This document shows, one piece after another, positions 13,275 to 27,903 of a stretch of 64,000 bases of DNA. The notes beneath the pieces are model-generated. The model saw only the letters and a list, made by a program, of their open reading frames with translations. It ran no database searches and was not told where the DNA came from. The position numbers were made by a program, and so were the translations under genes. The DNA comes from Eledone cirrhosa. Taxonomy: Eukaryota. Position 1 is the first letter of the stretch. The number at the start of each line of letters is the position of its first letter. The stretch lies in NCBI GenBank assembly GCA_964016885.1, contig OZ024744.1, positions 66,402,001 through 66,466,000 on the forward strand, given 5' to 3'.

Positions 13275-13866
13275 AAAGCATAAATGAATTGAGAGAGAGA
13301 CTGAGCATAAGAGGAATCAAATGCTGTGTGCAGGAGAGGCGGTTGCGTTGGTATGGACATGTGATGCGTATGAAGGATGACAGCTGCATAAAAAGGTGCA
13401 GAGCACTAGAAGTCGATGGAAACCGCGGAGTGGGGAAACCCAAGATGACCTGGGATGAGGTGATAAAAGCCGACCTTACCCAATTACACCTCTCAAAGAC
13501 AATGACACACGACCGTGACCTCTGGCGTCACGCAGTAATACAGAGTACCTGACCTCCCATGGGTACAAGCTGAAGCATATAGACAATATTCCCCCACACC
13601 ATCCCACTGCAAGGTGGTCGTGGAGGTGCCATGGCAAAAAACCACCCAGCCCACACTGTAAAGTGGACGTCTAGGTGCCACGACAAAGCACCCAGCACTC
13701 ACTGTAAATGAGGTTGGTGTAAGGAAGGGCATCCAGCTGTAGAAATCAAGCCAAATCAGTTCCTGTATGAGCAAGGCATGGTCAGCTGACCAGACACTGC
13801 CCACAACAGGACAACCCGTCTAACCCATGCTAGCGTGGAAGAACGGACGTAAAACAGTGATGATGA
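13275..13866 (+). mobile_element. 5'-truncated RTE LINE (ORF end, 3' UTR and GAT tail)
   Basis: RERLSIRGIKCCVQERRLRWYGHVMRMKDDSCIKRC..DRDLWR, then the conserved 3' UTR. TA-rich repeats on both sides. Confidence 0.9.
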
Positions 13867-14483
13867 TAAGTATATATATATATAAAATTAACATGTATGT
13901 ATTATATACATGTACCTATATAATATACTTATATATATATATATATACATACATATAAGTATATATATATATAAAATTATATGTGTTTGCATTTGTACGT
14001 CTATAAAACATTTCCCTGTGGTTACTATCCTCTCTTTTTCTTCTTTTTTATTTTGCAAATCTGCTGGCTTCTGTTATATTTTCTCATCTATTCCTGCCTC
14101 TCTTTTCCTCCCACTTTCCTACTGTTGCCCTCTCACCTCTAACACTTGTTACTTCCTCCCACACCCCTCCTCCTCCTCCTGTCTGTCTGTCTCCCCTCTC
14201 TTTCTTTCTCTCTCTCTCTCTATGTATTTCTCTCTCTCTCGCTCTCTTTCACTCTCTCTTTCTTTCTGTCTGTCTGTCTGTATCTCTCTCTGTATCTCAA
14301 TCTCTGTCTCTCTCTCTCACTCATTTACTCACCCACTCTCTTTCTCTCTCCCCTCTCTCCCATATATACCCTGCAACTCCAGTTGTCATTTCTCTTCTCT
14401 CTTTCTATTAACTTCTTCACATCAGAAAATTTATTCCATTTTTTTAATATAATAAATACAGAAATAAGAAAGGGAAAAACAAA

Positions 14484-14536
<53 letters not shown>

Positions 14537-14736
14537 TACATTAAAATAACAGATAAAGTTTAAGCAAAGAATCACTGCTTTCACCCTTAACAGGATCTTC
14601 TGAAACTTTAATCTATTATTTTAATAAACATTGGCTCTAGGGTTCTTATATATTTGATATATATTTATATATATATATATATATTTGATATATATTTATC
14701 TTTGGATTTTAGTCTTCACATTTATTATTATTATTA

Positions 14737-14925
14737 TGTGGATTGGCAGTATCGGTAGAGGGTCGGACGCCATGCTTTCCAGCATAGTTACGTCCCTTTA
14801 CGATCTGAGTTCAAATCCCGCCGAGGTTGACTTTGCCTTTCATCCTTACGGGGTCGATAAAATAAAGTACCAGTAATGCACTGGGTAATTGCTGGCCTTG
14901 TGCCTAAAGTAGAAACAATTATTAT
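14737..14925 (+). mobile_element. tRNA-derived Meta-type SINE
   Basis: B box GAGTTCAAATCC, Meta-like block GGTTGACTTTGCCTTTCATCCTTACGGGGTCGATAAAATAAAGTACCAG and an (ATT)n tail. Almost identical to 35541-35731. Confidence 0.8.
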
Positions 14926-15597
14926 AAATATTATTATTATTATTATTACTATATATATATTAAATAATGAGAAAAGGGGGTAAGAGAGGGAGGATAGACT
15001 CTAAACTCTACAACACTGGTTGGGGGGGGGGGGGGGTGATATATCTGTGCTGTGTGCCATGGACAAAATGGCAAAATCAATTTGCCACAGAAAAAAAGCC
15101 AGTAACACATACCCAATGCATCATCCACTCCAGCTTACCAGAGGATGGGAGGTGGGGACGGGAGATGGGGGCATCCTTCATTGGGTGTGATGCCTGCACT
15201 GTGCTGCCCCCACCTTCCTTCTCCCTGAATATGCAGAGGAAAATGGCAGTCTAGTGACAAAGGACACTGACAGGAAAAGGAAGTGGTCAGTTAAGTTTTG
15301 GTATTTAGATATCTTTCTAAATTATTTATTTATTTATTTATTCTACCTATTAAATGTGTTGTTGTTGTTGTTGTTGCTTTGTAAAAGAACATCACTGGTT
15401 TCCTCAGATTTCTACTGTTTTGAAAGTGACATGATTTGAGGCCAACAGTCATGAAACTGAATCATGCTTTATGCACCATTGAAGTGTCCTTTTATTCAAT
15501 TATATTATAAATCATAATAGAACTTTCATATACACTTTTTCATTTATTTCATGGTGTTTGAAAATTTGGCTCATCTTTGTTATTAACCCCAATACAA

Positions 15598-15905
15598 GGG
15601 TTGGGGTTACGGTGTATCAGGTTTAAATTTAAGGCTACGATTTGTTAGGGTTGGTGTTTGTTAGATAAGGTTGGGGTTTGTTAAGTTTGGAGTTTGCTAG
15701 GGTTGGGGCTTGCTAGGGTTGGAGTTTGTTAGGGTTGAGGTTTAAGGATAGGGTTTGTTAAAGGTGCAGTTTGTTAGGGTTAGGATTTGCTAGGCTTGCC
15801 GTTTGTTAAGGGTAGGATTCCTTAAGGGTGCGGTTTGCTAGGGTTGGAGTTTGTTAGGGTTGAGGTTTGTTAAGGTTAGGGTTCATTAGGGTTAGGCTTA
15901 GGTTA
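15598..15905 (+). repeat. Degenerate TTAGGG-containing tandem repeat (~19-bp unit)
   Basis: Recurrent GTTTG(T/C)TAGGGTTGG(A/G) units, ending in GGTTAGGGTTCATTAGGGTTAGGCTTAGGTT. Confidence 0.75.
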
Positions 15906-16403
15906 AAAGTAACATGTTTCAACCGGAAATGCAGAGTGGGCGTAAGGTGGGTAAAAGATGTTTGTCATCCAGATGTTTGTCACACTGCAACTGAGTCACA
16001 GTGGTATCAATTGTGTCAGGGAGCAGGTCACAAAAAACGCAATGTAGATTTTAATACTACAAAATAAATGAAAAGTGATTAAACAGTTCTGGTGTGTTTA
16101 TAAAATAAGTTACATTGAATGTGGTAATGATTGATGCCATGATAAAAATCACACAGTCCAGCCTGTATGGTGGTAGTGTTGATGCCATGATAAAAAAAAC
16201 ACTAGTTCACCCTATAAGGTGGTAGTACCAGAGTCACAATAAAACACACCTGGTACATGCCATTAAGTGGTTGGTGTTAAGTGATGGAAATCAAACCGAA
16301 ATACCGAGAGTATGAGAAAGATGTGGACATCTGACCTATCTAGCTACAGTACGTGACAGCCCATCTAACCTGTGGGAGCACGGGAAAATAAATGTTAAAC
16401 AGA

Positions 16404-16448
<45 letters not shown>

Positions 16449-17420
16449 GAAGAAGAAGAAGAAGAATATAACTTGTGACAATTTCAACACATATCCCAGA
16501 CTTCATATACTATAAATGCCGAATCTTCATCGGTTTTAATGATAAATGTTCCAGTTGTGCGAACAATAGGAATAACATATACATGAAATTAACATGTAAG
16601 TGACCGAGGATTCCTCAGTCATGTGTACCCTTAACCTCTTCAGTGCCCATAGACAAGATAACTCTTCCTAACATGTATGCATTCGAGTGCCATGGACGAG
16701 ATAACTCATTCTAACATGTTTGAACGCTTTTCCAACAGTTCATAACTTCTAAGTTATAGACTCGGATCTTGAATAAGGATTCTCCCACCGACTTATTAAT
16801 TTTTGCTAATCTATTTATTTTAAGTGGTAGTACACCTTCGACAATTAATTTTCTTTATACATTAACAAACATTATACATGACCACAAAAAGTACATTACT
16901 AGAAATCTCGTACATTATACAATAAATAGAATGGGTTGAGGGTTTCAATATGTAAACTAAACAACTAATTCTGTTTTTTTTTTTTTTAAATATCAATGGA
17001 GACAACCTAGAAAAATTACCAATCTTCCACACCTTCTCCTTTGCTTATTCCAACCCCTCCCCTATTATGTGGCACCCAAGAGTACTTTGTACTATGTTAT
17101 CCAATATGTGTTTTGAAATAGATTTTGGTATTATTTCTAGCAGTTCAAAAGACCATGCAGAAGTGTGTCTTTGTAGTTGTTGAAAAGCTTGATGGGCCAG
17201 AAGACATTGCAATGAAGGTGTAAAACTGTATGGCATTGTTATTCTTCATATTCTTCATTTCCTGATACTTAACAGACTTAGATGAATAGAGTCTTGTTAA
17301 CGAGTCAACATAGCTTAACTAATAAAACACATCTTCTACATAAAGTAAAATGTCTATCAATTACACACATCACTGCACTCAGCTACTATTTACTCTCTCT
17401 CTCCATAAATATATATACAA

Positions 17421-17453
<33 letters not shown>

Positions 17454-17512
17454 CACATGCATATACATACATGCATATACATACATACATATACATACAT
17501 ACATACATACAT

Positions 17513-17577
<65 letters not shown>

Positions 17578-17864
17578 CATGCATATACATACATGCATAT
17601 ACATACATACATACATATATATATACATACATATATATATATTTATGTATATATATATACATACATATATATATATATATATGTATATACATATTATATA
17701 GTTATATACATATACATATACATACATATACATATATATATATATACATATACATATATATATATACATACATATACATACATATACACATATATATATA
17801 TATATACAACACACACACATGTATATATATATACAACACACACACATGTATATATATATATACA

Positions 17865-17933
<69 letters not shown>

Positions 17934-18324
17934 TATATACAACACATATATATATATATGTATACATATATATATACATATATATATATACAACACACAC
18001 ATACACATATATATATATACATATATACTTACATATGTAAATATTTATATACATAGACATATATACTTACATACATAAATATATATACATGCACATATAT
18101 ATGCATATATAAGAATACATATATATACTCATATATATATATATACATATATATATACATATATATATAAATACACATATATATATATACATATATATGT
18201 ATATATATATATATATAACAATATATACATATACATTCATACATGCATTCACACACACACACACATATATATATATAACTATATATATATATATATATAT
18301 AAAACAATATATATATATATAAAA

Positions 18325-18359
<35 letters not shown>

Positions 18360-18626
18360 TGCACACACACAGACACATACAATGTCTGTTAATCACACAC
18401 AGATGCACACAGCCAATACAAACATCTACACAGCGACTGACAATTACACACAAACACATAAACATACACACATGCATGTTTACGCACATACACTTAATTA
18501 CCACATCAATTTAGTGTCTGCAAATTACACACACACACATATACACACAGTACACACATCAACACCCAATGTATGTCTTGCAATCACACTCTACACTACA
18601 CATATCTATACTTGGTGTCTGTCTGC

Positions 18627-18693
<67 letters not shown>

Positions 18694-18697
<4 letters not shown>

Positions 18698-19213
18698 AAG
18701 GTTTCTTGGTGAGGAGGGTGACTTTGGACATCCTGCAGGACTATAAACAAAACCTGTCAAAGGGCAAAGGACCTCTGAAGAGTCAATGGCCATCCAAAAT
18801 CACTGGGAGAGATGACCCCTTAGCCTTTGTCAAGGCAGAATTCTAGGAGAAGGAAAACTATTATATAACACCTGCAACCCTGATGGTATCCAATGATGTT
18901 GACTTGTTCTACTTTTTGGTAAATATCATCTTGGTTAAGAGAGTGGGACTGGCTTTGTGCAATGCCTTTGCTCACTATAAAAGCTTCACAGCACAGGCAT
19001 TGCTTTATATCTGGAGATCTCTCTGCACTTCTCATCACATGGTACCATGGGCCCAGCACTATGTGTCAATAATTGTCACAAGTGTAGTGTTTGTACCAGA
19101 GTTTTCAAGTCGCTGGCTGGACTAAAAAGACACACTCGTTCAGCGCATCAGTAGGGGTTCTCCTACATGGATATAAAGTAGTGGCCATACTCGAAAACGA
19201 GTTGGCAGCCACC
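18694..19213 (+). mobile_element. Bipartite RTE derivative, 5'-truncated copy 2
   Basis: Matches ~5003-5521. Starts directly after (CA)n and ends in (TATG)n. Confidence 0.85.
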
Positions 19214-19772
19214 ATGTATGTATATGTATGTATGTTCTTCTGGTTTTATAATTTCACAAATTGTATGTATGTAAATATGTATGTATATATATATGTATGT
19301 ATGTATGTATATATATATATATATGTACGTACATATGTATGTATCAGTGTATGTATGTACGTATGCATGTATGTATGTAAATATGTATGAATATATATAT
19401 ATGTATGTATGTTATCTCTTTCTCTTAATTTCGAGTATAATTTTTTGACCGGCCACCTTCCTGGTGTATGTATGTATATATATATATATGTACGTATGTA
19501 TGTATGTAAATATGTATGTATATATATATATGTATGTAGATATGTATGTATGTACGTATGCATGTATGTAAATATGTATGTATATGTATGTATGTATATA
19601 TGTACGTACATATGTATATATGTATCAGTGTATGTATGTACGTATGTATGTATGTAAATATGTAAGTATGTAAATATGTATGTATATATATATTTATGTG
19701 TGTATATATATATGTATGTACATATGTATGTATCAGTGTATGTGTGTACGTATGTATGTATATATGTATGTA

Positions 19773-20003
19773 AGTCTCATGGTCGGGTCGTTGGCGACTA
19801 AACTGGCAACCCCACCAAGGTTTCTTGGTGAGGAGGGTGACTTTGGACATCCTGCAGGACTAAAAACAAAACCTGTCAAAGGGCAAAGGAGCTCTTAAGA
19901 GTCAATGGCCATCCAAAAAGTCACACTCATTCAGCGCATCGGTAGGGGTTCTCCTACATGGATATAAAGTAGTGGCCGTACTCGAAAACGAGTTGGCAGC
20001 CAC
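19773..20003 (+). mobile_element. Bipartite RTE derivative, internally deleted copy 3
   Basis: The 5' block (to GCCATCCAAAA) is joined to the 3' block (AAAAGTCACAC) through an A-run microhomology at ~19915. Confidence 0.85.
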
Positions 20004-20081
20004 CATGTATGTATGTATGTATGTAAATATGTATGTAAATATGTATGTAAATATGTATGTAAATATGATTGTATATATATA

Positions 20082-20580
20082 ACCACTGGGAGTGAAGGAC
20101 CCCTAGCCTATGTCAGGGCTTTCTTCTAGAAGAAGGCAACTCAAGAAACTGGGATAACTCCGACATAAAATCTGCGGCTCAGTAGTTATCGATGATGTTG
20201 ATCTTTTCTTCTTTTCAGGTTATAGCTACTGTCGCTCAGAGAGTGGGATTGGCTCAGTGCACAGTCTTTCCTCACGTTAGAAAAATATCTTCACGTACAG
20301 GCATTGCACGATAGAATTAATTGATAATTATTAATTGTTTCTACTTTTGGCACAAGGCCAGCAAATACCCAGTGTATTACTGGTACTTTATTTTATCAAC
20401 CCTGTAAGGATGAAAGGCAAAGTTAACCTCGGCGGGATTTGAACTCAGAATGGCAAGGGCCGTAACTCTATGCGTCAAAGTATGGCGTCCGACCCTCTAC
20501 CAATACTGCCAATCCACTGCCCTTAATAATTATTAATAGTGATGGCCATACTCGATAACGAGGGGGCAGCCAGCCACCAC
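20082..20580 (+). mobile_element. Diverged relative of the bipartite element, interrupted by a Meta-type SINE (~20330-20523, minus strand)
   Basis: Shares GACCCCTAGCCT, GATGTTGA, GAGAGTGGGA.TGGCT and CACG.ACAGGCATTGC. The terminal GGCCATACTCGA.AACGAG..GCAGCC resumes after the SINE. Confidence 0.65.
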
Positions 20581-21360
20581 ATACATATGTACGTACATAT
20601 GTATGTATCAGTGTATGTATGTGTGTATGTATATATGTATATATGTATGTATATACGTATATATGTATGTATATACGTATATATGTAGGTATGTATATAC
20701 ATATATATATAGGTATTATGTATGCACATACGTACGAATGTATGTATGTATATATGTAAGTATATATGTAGGTATTATGTATGCACATACGTGCGAATGT
20801 ATGTATGTATATATGTATGTATATACGTATATATGTATGTATATACGTATATATATGTAGGTATGTATGTATATATGTATATACATATATATGTAAGTAT
20901 ATTCATATATATATAGTTATTATGTATGTGCATACGTACTTATGTATGTATGTATATATGTATGTATATACCTATATATATGTAGGTATGTTTGTATGTA
21001 TGTATATATATACATACATATATATGTATATACCTATATATATGTAGGTATGTATGTATATATGTATATACATATATATGTAAGTATATTCACATATATA
21101 TATAGGTATTATGTATGCGCATACGTACGAATGTATGTATGTATATATGTATGAAAGTATGTATATATGTATATATGCATGCATGTATTCATTAAACATC
21201 TACACACTGGGTTACCCGCATCGGCATGTGTATGTATACTTTTTCTTTCTTCTTTTTATCTAGTCAGCATCTACATACATATTGTAAATGATATTCATCT
21301 ATTGATTACATCTTACCAGTCAACATGTAGAAATTACAACTTTATACATACACATATATA

Positions 21361-21654
21361 TCATCATCATTCCATTTTATGTCTGCTTTTTCCCTGCTTG
21401 ATTTCTACAGCTGGATGCCCTTCCTAACACCAACCTCATTTACAGTGAGTGCTGGGTGCTTTTTTGCCGTGGCACCTCCATGACCACTTTGCAGTGGAAT
21501 GATAGGGACCCCAGTCCCTATCATCTCATTTCTACAGCTGAGTAAACTGGAGCAATGTGAAATAAAGTGTCTTGCTCAAGGAAACAACACATCCCCCAGT
21601 CTGAGAATTGAACTCACAACCTTTCGATTGCTCTAACCACTAAGCCATGTGCCT

Positions 21655-21657
<3 letters not shown>
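21361..21657 (-). mobile_element. CORE-type SINE with RTE 3' tail (internally deleted)
   Basis: Reverse complement of 36426-36760, with deletions. Confidence 0.8.
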
Positions 21658-21700
<43 letters not shown>

Positions 21701-21851
21701 ATAATAATAAATTTGAAGACTAAAATCCAAAGAGGGCTCGATAAGGATAAATATATATCAAATATATAAGAACCGTCATTCATACATACATACATATATA
21801 CATACTTACATATACATACATATGTACATACATACATATATACATACATAG

Positions 21852-21901
<50 letters not shown>

Positions 21902-23534
21902 TCATATATATATATGTGTGTGTAGATATATATATATATGTACATACATAACATATATATATATACATACATATATACAAACATAAAAAACAGCATACAT
22001 ACGTACATCCATACAAACATACATAACATACATACATACACACACATCCATCCATAGATACATACATTACATACATATACACACACACACATCCATACAT
22101 ACACACACACACACACATCCATCCGTACATAGATACATACACACATCCATCCATACATAGATATATACACACATCCATCCATCCATACATACATACATAT
22201 ACACACATCCATCCATAGATACATACATACATATACACACACACATCCATCCATACATACATTACATACATACACACACACACATACACACACACACACA
22301 CACACACATCCATCCATTCATACATACATATACACACGCACACATCCATCCATACATCCATACATACATACACACACATCCATACATACATACATTACAT
22401 TACATATATTACATACATACATCTAATTAACTAACTAACTAACTAACTAGCTAACTAGGCAGCTTATATTTCCATAGATATTTTAACTATTTAGCCAGCC
22501 ACACTAAACCCTTAAGTATTTCTAGTTAACTTATACTATATATATATACTACATGTAAACACATATATTGATCCCTATTTTCAATAAAACTCCTTTGACA
22601 GATTCACATTTATTTTTATATATAGCATTTTATTTCACTTAAGTAATGATACGTAACAAAGGCATTCAATTAATTCGTTACAAGGTTTACTTGAAAGTAA
22701 GTATTTGACAAGTTTAGAACATCAAACAGGATGCCTAAGAGAGTCTGAATAGGGATTTTTTCAAAACATCAAGTGAATGAACAATAGCTATGATAGTTTC
22801 TAGCATCAGATCTAAGAAAGTCCTTATAATGTTTTCCCCTTTAAACTAACAAAAGCTGTTATCTGTTAAAAGGAGATGAGTGGGGTTTTTTTTTGTTTTT
22901 TTTTTATAATTCCATTTTTTTTTTCAAATATATATTTTTATCTTTTTTAACTTTCTATACAATTAATTGCATATTTTGCAAGAAAATCTCTTTGAGCTTT
23001 AATCAATTTATGGGAATCAGGTTCGGAAGGAACATTTTTCGAGAAGGAACATTTTTCAATACGATATAGTATGATATTTAAATAAACATTTGAACGTATT
23101 GACCTTCATTAAGGATTGTTGAAGTTATTTTTAACGGTTTAAACATTCATTTTAATTTAAATTGGTCAATTGAGTCATTTGGCACCACTCAATTGCCATA
23201 TTTTCTTTGTATTCCAGCCATTATCACAATCCTCATCATTTTACTTCCATACTACTATTGATTCGACAGGTTGTTATAATCTAAGTGCATTGTTATTCAG
23301 ATTTACTGTAATTGTGGTTGGTGTTAGGAAGGACATCCAGCAGTAAAAACCCTGGCCAAATTTACAGTTCTGTCTGAGCCAATCCTGGACAGACTTGTCT
23401 CTGGATGTGAGCAACCCATCTGACCCATGCAAGCATGGAAAAATGGATGTTAAATGGTATGATGATGATGATATACTCCTCTCTTAGTATATTCCTTATG
23501 TATTTGTGAGTGTGTGATTATATATATATATATA

Positions 23535-23881
23535 TCATTTCATTTCATTTCATTTTACGTCCACTTTTTCCCTGCTTGCAAGGGTGGGACAGGAACTGAT
23601 TCTGGCTTGATTTCTACAGCTGGATGCCCTTCCTAACACCAACCTCATTTTACAGTGAGTGTTGGGTGCTTTTTTTCCATGGTGTCTACACGTCCACTTA
23701 CAGTGTGGGCTGGGTGCTTTTTTGCCGTGGCACCTCCACGACCAATTTGCAGTGGAATGATGTGGACCCCAGTCTCTATCATCTCATTTCTACAGCTGAG
23801 TAAACTGGAGCAATGTGAAATAAAGTATCTTGCTTAAGGAAACAACACATCACCCGGTCTGAGAATTGAGCTCACAACCTT

Positions 23882-23886
<5 letters not shown>
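23535..23886 (-). mobile_element. CORE-type SINE with RTE 3' tail (5'-truncated)
   Basis: Reverse complement of ~23998-24350. Confidence 0.85.
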
Positions 23887-23965
<79 letters not shown>

Positions 23966-23969
<4 letters not shown>

Positions 23970-24373
23970 GCTTAGTGGTTAGAGCATTGGCCTTGCAATC
24001 GAAAGGTTGCGAGTTCAATTCTCAGACCGGGTGATGTGTTGTTTCCTTGAGCAAGACACTTTATTTCACATTTCAGCTGTAGAAATGCTTTATTTCACAT
24101 TTCAGCTGTAGAAATGAGATGATAGGACTGGGTTCCCTATCATTCCACTGCAAAGTGGTCGTGGAGGTGCCACGGCAAAAAAGCACCCAGCCCACACTGT
24201 AAGTGGATGTGTAGACACCATGGAAAAAAAGCACCCAGCACCCACTGTAAATGAGGTTGGTGTTAGGAAGGGCATCCAGCTGTAGAAATCAAGCCAGAAT
24301 CAGTTCCCATCCCACCCTTGCAAGCAGGGAAAAGCGGACGTAAAATGATGATGATGATGATGATGATGATGAT
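23966..24373 (+). mobile_element. CORE-type SINE with RTE 3' tail
   Basis: A box TGGCTTAGTGG, B box GAGTTCAATTC, CORE-like block, then GGTTGGTGTTAGGAAGGGCATCC and (GAT)n. Confidence 0.87.
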
Positions 24374-24829
24374 ATCATCATAATCATAATTAACATCTGT
24401 TTTTCCTGCTAGCAAGGGCTGGATGGGTCTTCACAGACCGAGTCAGCACCGAAGCAGGGCTACTGACCTCCCAGACAAGCCTGGAGCCCACATCTAACCA
24501 TGTTTTATCATGGCACCATCACTAGAGAGGTCACCATGTTTTTGACACAACCGAAGGGACCTGCAAACACTTTGCTTAGCAAACTTTCTATGGCTAGATG
24601 CCCTCACAATCACCAACCACTTTATAGCATGTAATGGGTGTGTTTAACATGTAGATCACCAACAATAGGGAAATTAAAGAGTATTAGAAGAAATAATGTT
24701 TTTATTTTAGACCTTACCTACAGTTAAATGAAAGCCTAAAGAGGAATTTGAATATGTTATTGTTAGACAAAACATATAAAATATGGAAGTGTTCCAAAAG
24801 AGGGCTATAATGTTCTTGGAAACTCTTGC

Positions 24830-25065
24830 TTCTATGAGGATGGGTATGACCTTGATCTCAAAACAGTCCCAAATCCTTTTCAGTTCTCTCTTTAGATCCT
24901 GCCACTGGTTAATTTTATTCCTTCTCCTTTTCTTGCACTTTTGTGTCAAAGGGACAAGCTACATCTATAATCAATCAAGATCTTTTTTCCTTGTCAAAAA
25001 CCACCAGGTCAGGCCTATTGTGTTCTAATTCTTTATCTGTCTGTATCCTAAAACCCCACAGCACC
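24830..25065 (-). pseudogene. Relic of the restriction-like endonuclease domain of an R4/Dong-type non-LTR element
   Basis: Minus strand, across a lesion: FRIQTDKELEHNRPDLVVFDKEK..IIDVACPFDTKVQEKEK..WQDLKRELKRIWD..IKVIPI. This fits the RPD..D..K RLE signature. Confidence 0.75.
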
Positions 25066-25587
25066 TTCACCCAGCCATTTATACAAGAGAACCCAAAGAC
25101 ACAGTCATCAGTGATGCAACAGTACTACAACCCACAATAATATATATGTTTCTAACAGCAATGTTAGACCTAACTACAGTAAAATGAAGAAAAAAAACTA
25201 TTAAAAGAAAAAAACCCTGGAGGGGGAATTAACAAATGCTATTGTAAATAAATTTAAAGACCAGTTATTGGAACTACAAATGATAAAGATAAAAATAAAA
25301 TAAAATATAATAAAAAAAAAACAATAAACAATAGTAATAAAACCATTCACAGAAACATGTTTAAATGCCATATTTCCATATGTTGGAGTAGAAAATACAC
25401 AGTACTTAAGCTATCTGTATAACTGACATTTTCCAAGTTAAGGCCAAAACATTTGCTCTTAACTACCCTGTTTCATTAGTTTATATTTATAATCATAATA
25501 ATTGTATAAGTTTATTTTTTTGTGTGTGCGTGCTTTCAACTACGCATACATTACATGTACAATGTCTGTTTTTTCTCTCTTTATCTT

Positions 25588-25652
<65 letters not shown>

Positions 25653-25680
25653 ATATTTATGTGTGTGTGTGTATGTGTAT

Positions 25681-25760
<80 letters not shown>

Positions 25761-25779
25761 GTATATATATATATATATA

Positions 25780-25878
<99 letters not shown>

Positions 25879-25882
25879 GTGT

Positions 25883-25922
<40 letters not shown>

Positions 25923-25929
25923 ATATATA

Positions 25930-25961
<32 letters not shown>

Positions 25962-25967
25962 CACACA

Positions 25968-26061
<94 letters not shown>

Positions 26062-26126
26062 TATATATATATGTATATATATCATCATCATCGTTTTAAT
26101 GTCCATGTTCCACGCTTGCATGGGTT

Positions 26127-26158
<32 letters not shown>

Positions 26159-26267
26159 TGTGTGTGTGTATATACATATATATGTATGTATATATATGTA
26201 TATATATATATATGTATGTATATTATGTATATATATATATATGTATGTATATATGTATATATATATG

Positions 26268-26301
<34 letters not shown>

Positions 26302-26408
26302 CATATATGTATATATATATATATATATATACATACATATATAATATATACATATATATATACATACATATATATATATACATATATATATATATGTATG
26401 TAGTATAC

Positions 26409-26442
<34 letters not shown>

Positions 26443-26574
26443 GAGAGAGATAGGGGAGGGAAATTTGTATATTTTGTGAGTGGTTGTCATCAGAAGTATT
26501 GGGAAAATTTGAACTTTCAAATGTGTGCATCCCAATGCAAGTAACAACAACAACAACAACACAACAACAACAAC

Positions 26575-26617
<43 letters not shown>

Positions 26618-26618
<1 letters not shown>

Positions 26619-27903
26619 TTTCTACTATAGGAACAAGGCTACCAATTTTGGTGGGGGAGAGCAAAGTCGATTAAATCTACCCCAGTGCATTACTGGTGCT
26701 TATTTTATCAACGCCGTAAGGATGAATGGCAAAGCTAACATTGGCAGGATTTGAACTCAGAACGCTAAGGGCCATAACTCTATGGTTGCAAAGCATGGCG
26801 TCCAACCCTCTACTGATACTGCCACAGTATAAGCAATAGTGATAAAATTAGATCAAAGTGCTTCTCTCCACTTTTTTCCATCTCCAGGGGGGGGGGGGGG
26901 GGGGGTACTTAGTTGATTTTCTCAACTATTATTTCTAGTGATTGACTATAGTTATGGTTATTTGCTTTGAGACGCACACATTTTCAAATATATATTCACT
27001 CGCATGCACATGATGATGAGGATGATGATGATGCTGATGTAATGATGATAATGGTTTCTGATATAGGTACAAGTCCAACAATTTTGAGGGAGGGGAGGAG
27101 AAAGTTGATTAAATTGACACCAATGCATTACCGGTACTTTATTTTATCGACCTTATAAGGATGAAAGGCAAAGTTAACGATGTGGGATTTGAAATAAGGA
27201 TGCAAAGAGCCGTAACTGTGTGCCGTTAAAGATGTTGTTCAATGCTCTGCCGATACTGCCAACCCATTGCCCTATTACAATAATTGTTTCTACTTTTGGC
27301 ACAAGGCCAGCAATTACCCAGTACATTACTGGTACTTTATTTTATTGACCCCGTAAGGATGAAAGGCAAAGTTAACCTAGACGGGATTTGAACTCAGAAT
27401 GGCAAGGGCCGTAACTCTATGCATCAAAGCATGGCGTCCAACCCTCTACCGATACTGCCAATAATGATGATGATAGTAATGATGACAGTAATGATTTCTG
27501 ATTTAGGCACAAGGCCAGCAATATGAGGAGAAGGAAAGTCGATTAAATGACCCCAGTGCATTACTGGTGCTTTATTTTATCAACCCTCCAAGGATGAAAG
27601 GCAAAGCTAACCTTGGTGGGATATGAACTCAGGCTATAAAAGTCCATAACTCTACGCTGCAAAGGATGGTGCCTGACACTCTACCAATTCTGCCAAGCCA
27701 CCATCCCTTGATCATGATAATAAATGTTTCTCCTTTTGATGCAAGGCCAGTAATTACCCCAGTGCATTACTGGTACTTTAATTTTATCGAGTCCATAAGG
27801 ATGAAAGGCAAAGTTAACCTCGGTGGGATTTGAACTCAGAACGTAAAGGGAATTAATTTCTATGCTGCAAAAGCATTGCATCCGACACTCTACCGATACT
27901 GCC
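26618..27903 (-). mobile_element. Cluster of five co-oriented Meta-type SINE copies
   Basis: AAGGATGAA(A/T)GGCAAAG.TAAC..GGATTTGAA recurs at ~26718, 27157, 27355, 27590 and 27797. Confidence 0.85.

Noticed and set aside
14580-14735. Additional hammerhead in a repeat shared with ~21698-21776
   Set aside because: GAAAC is present but there is no CUGANGA box; it is too degenerate.
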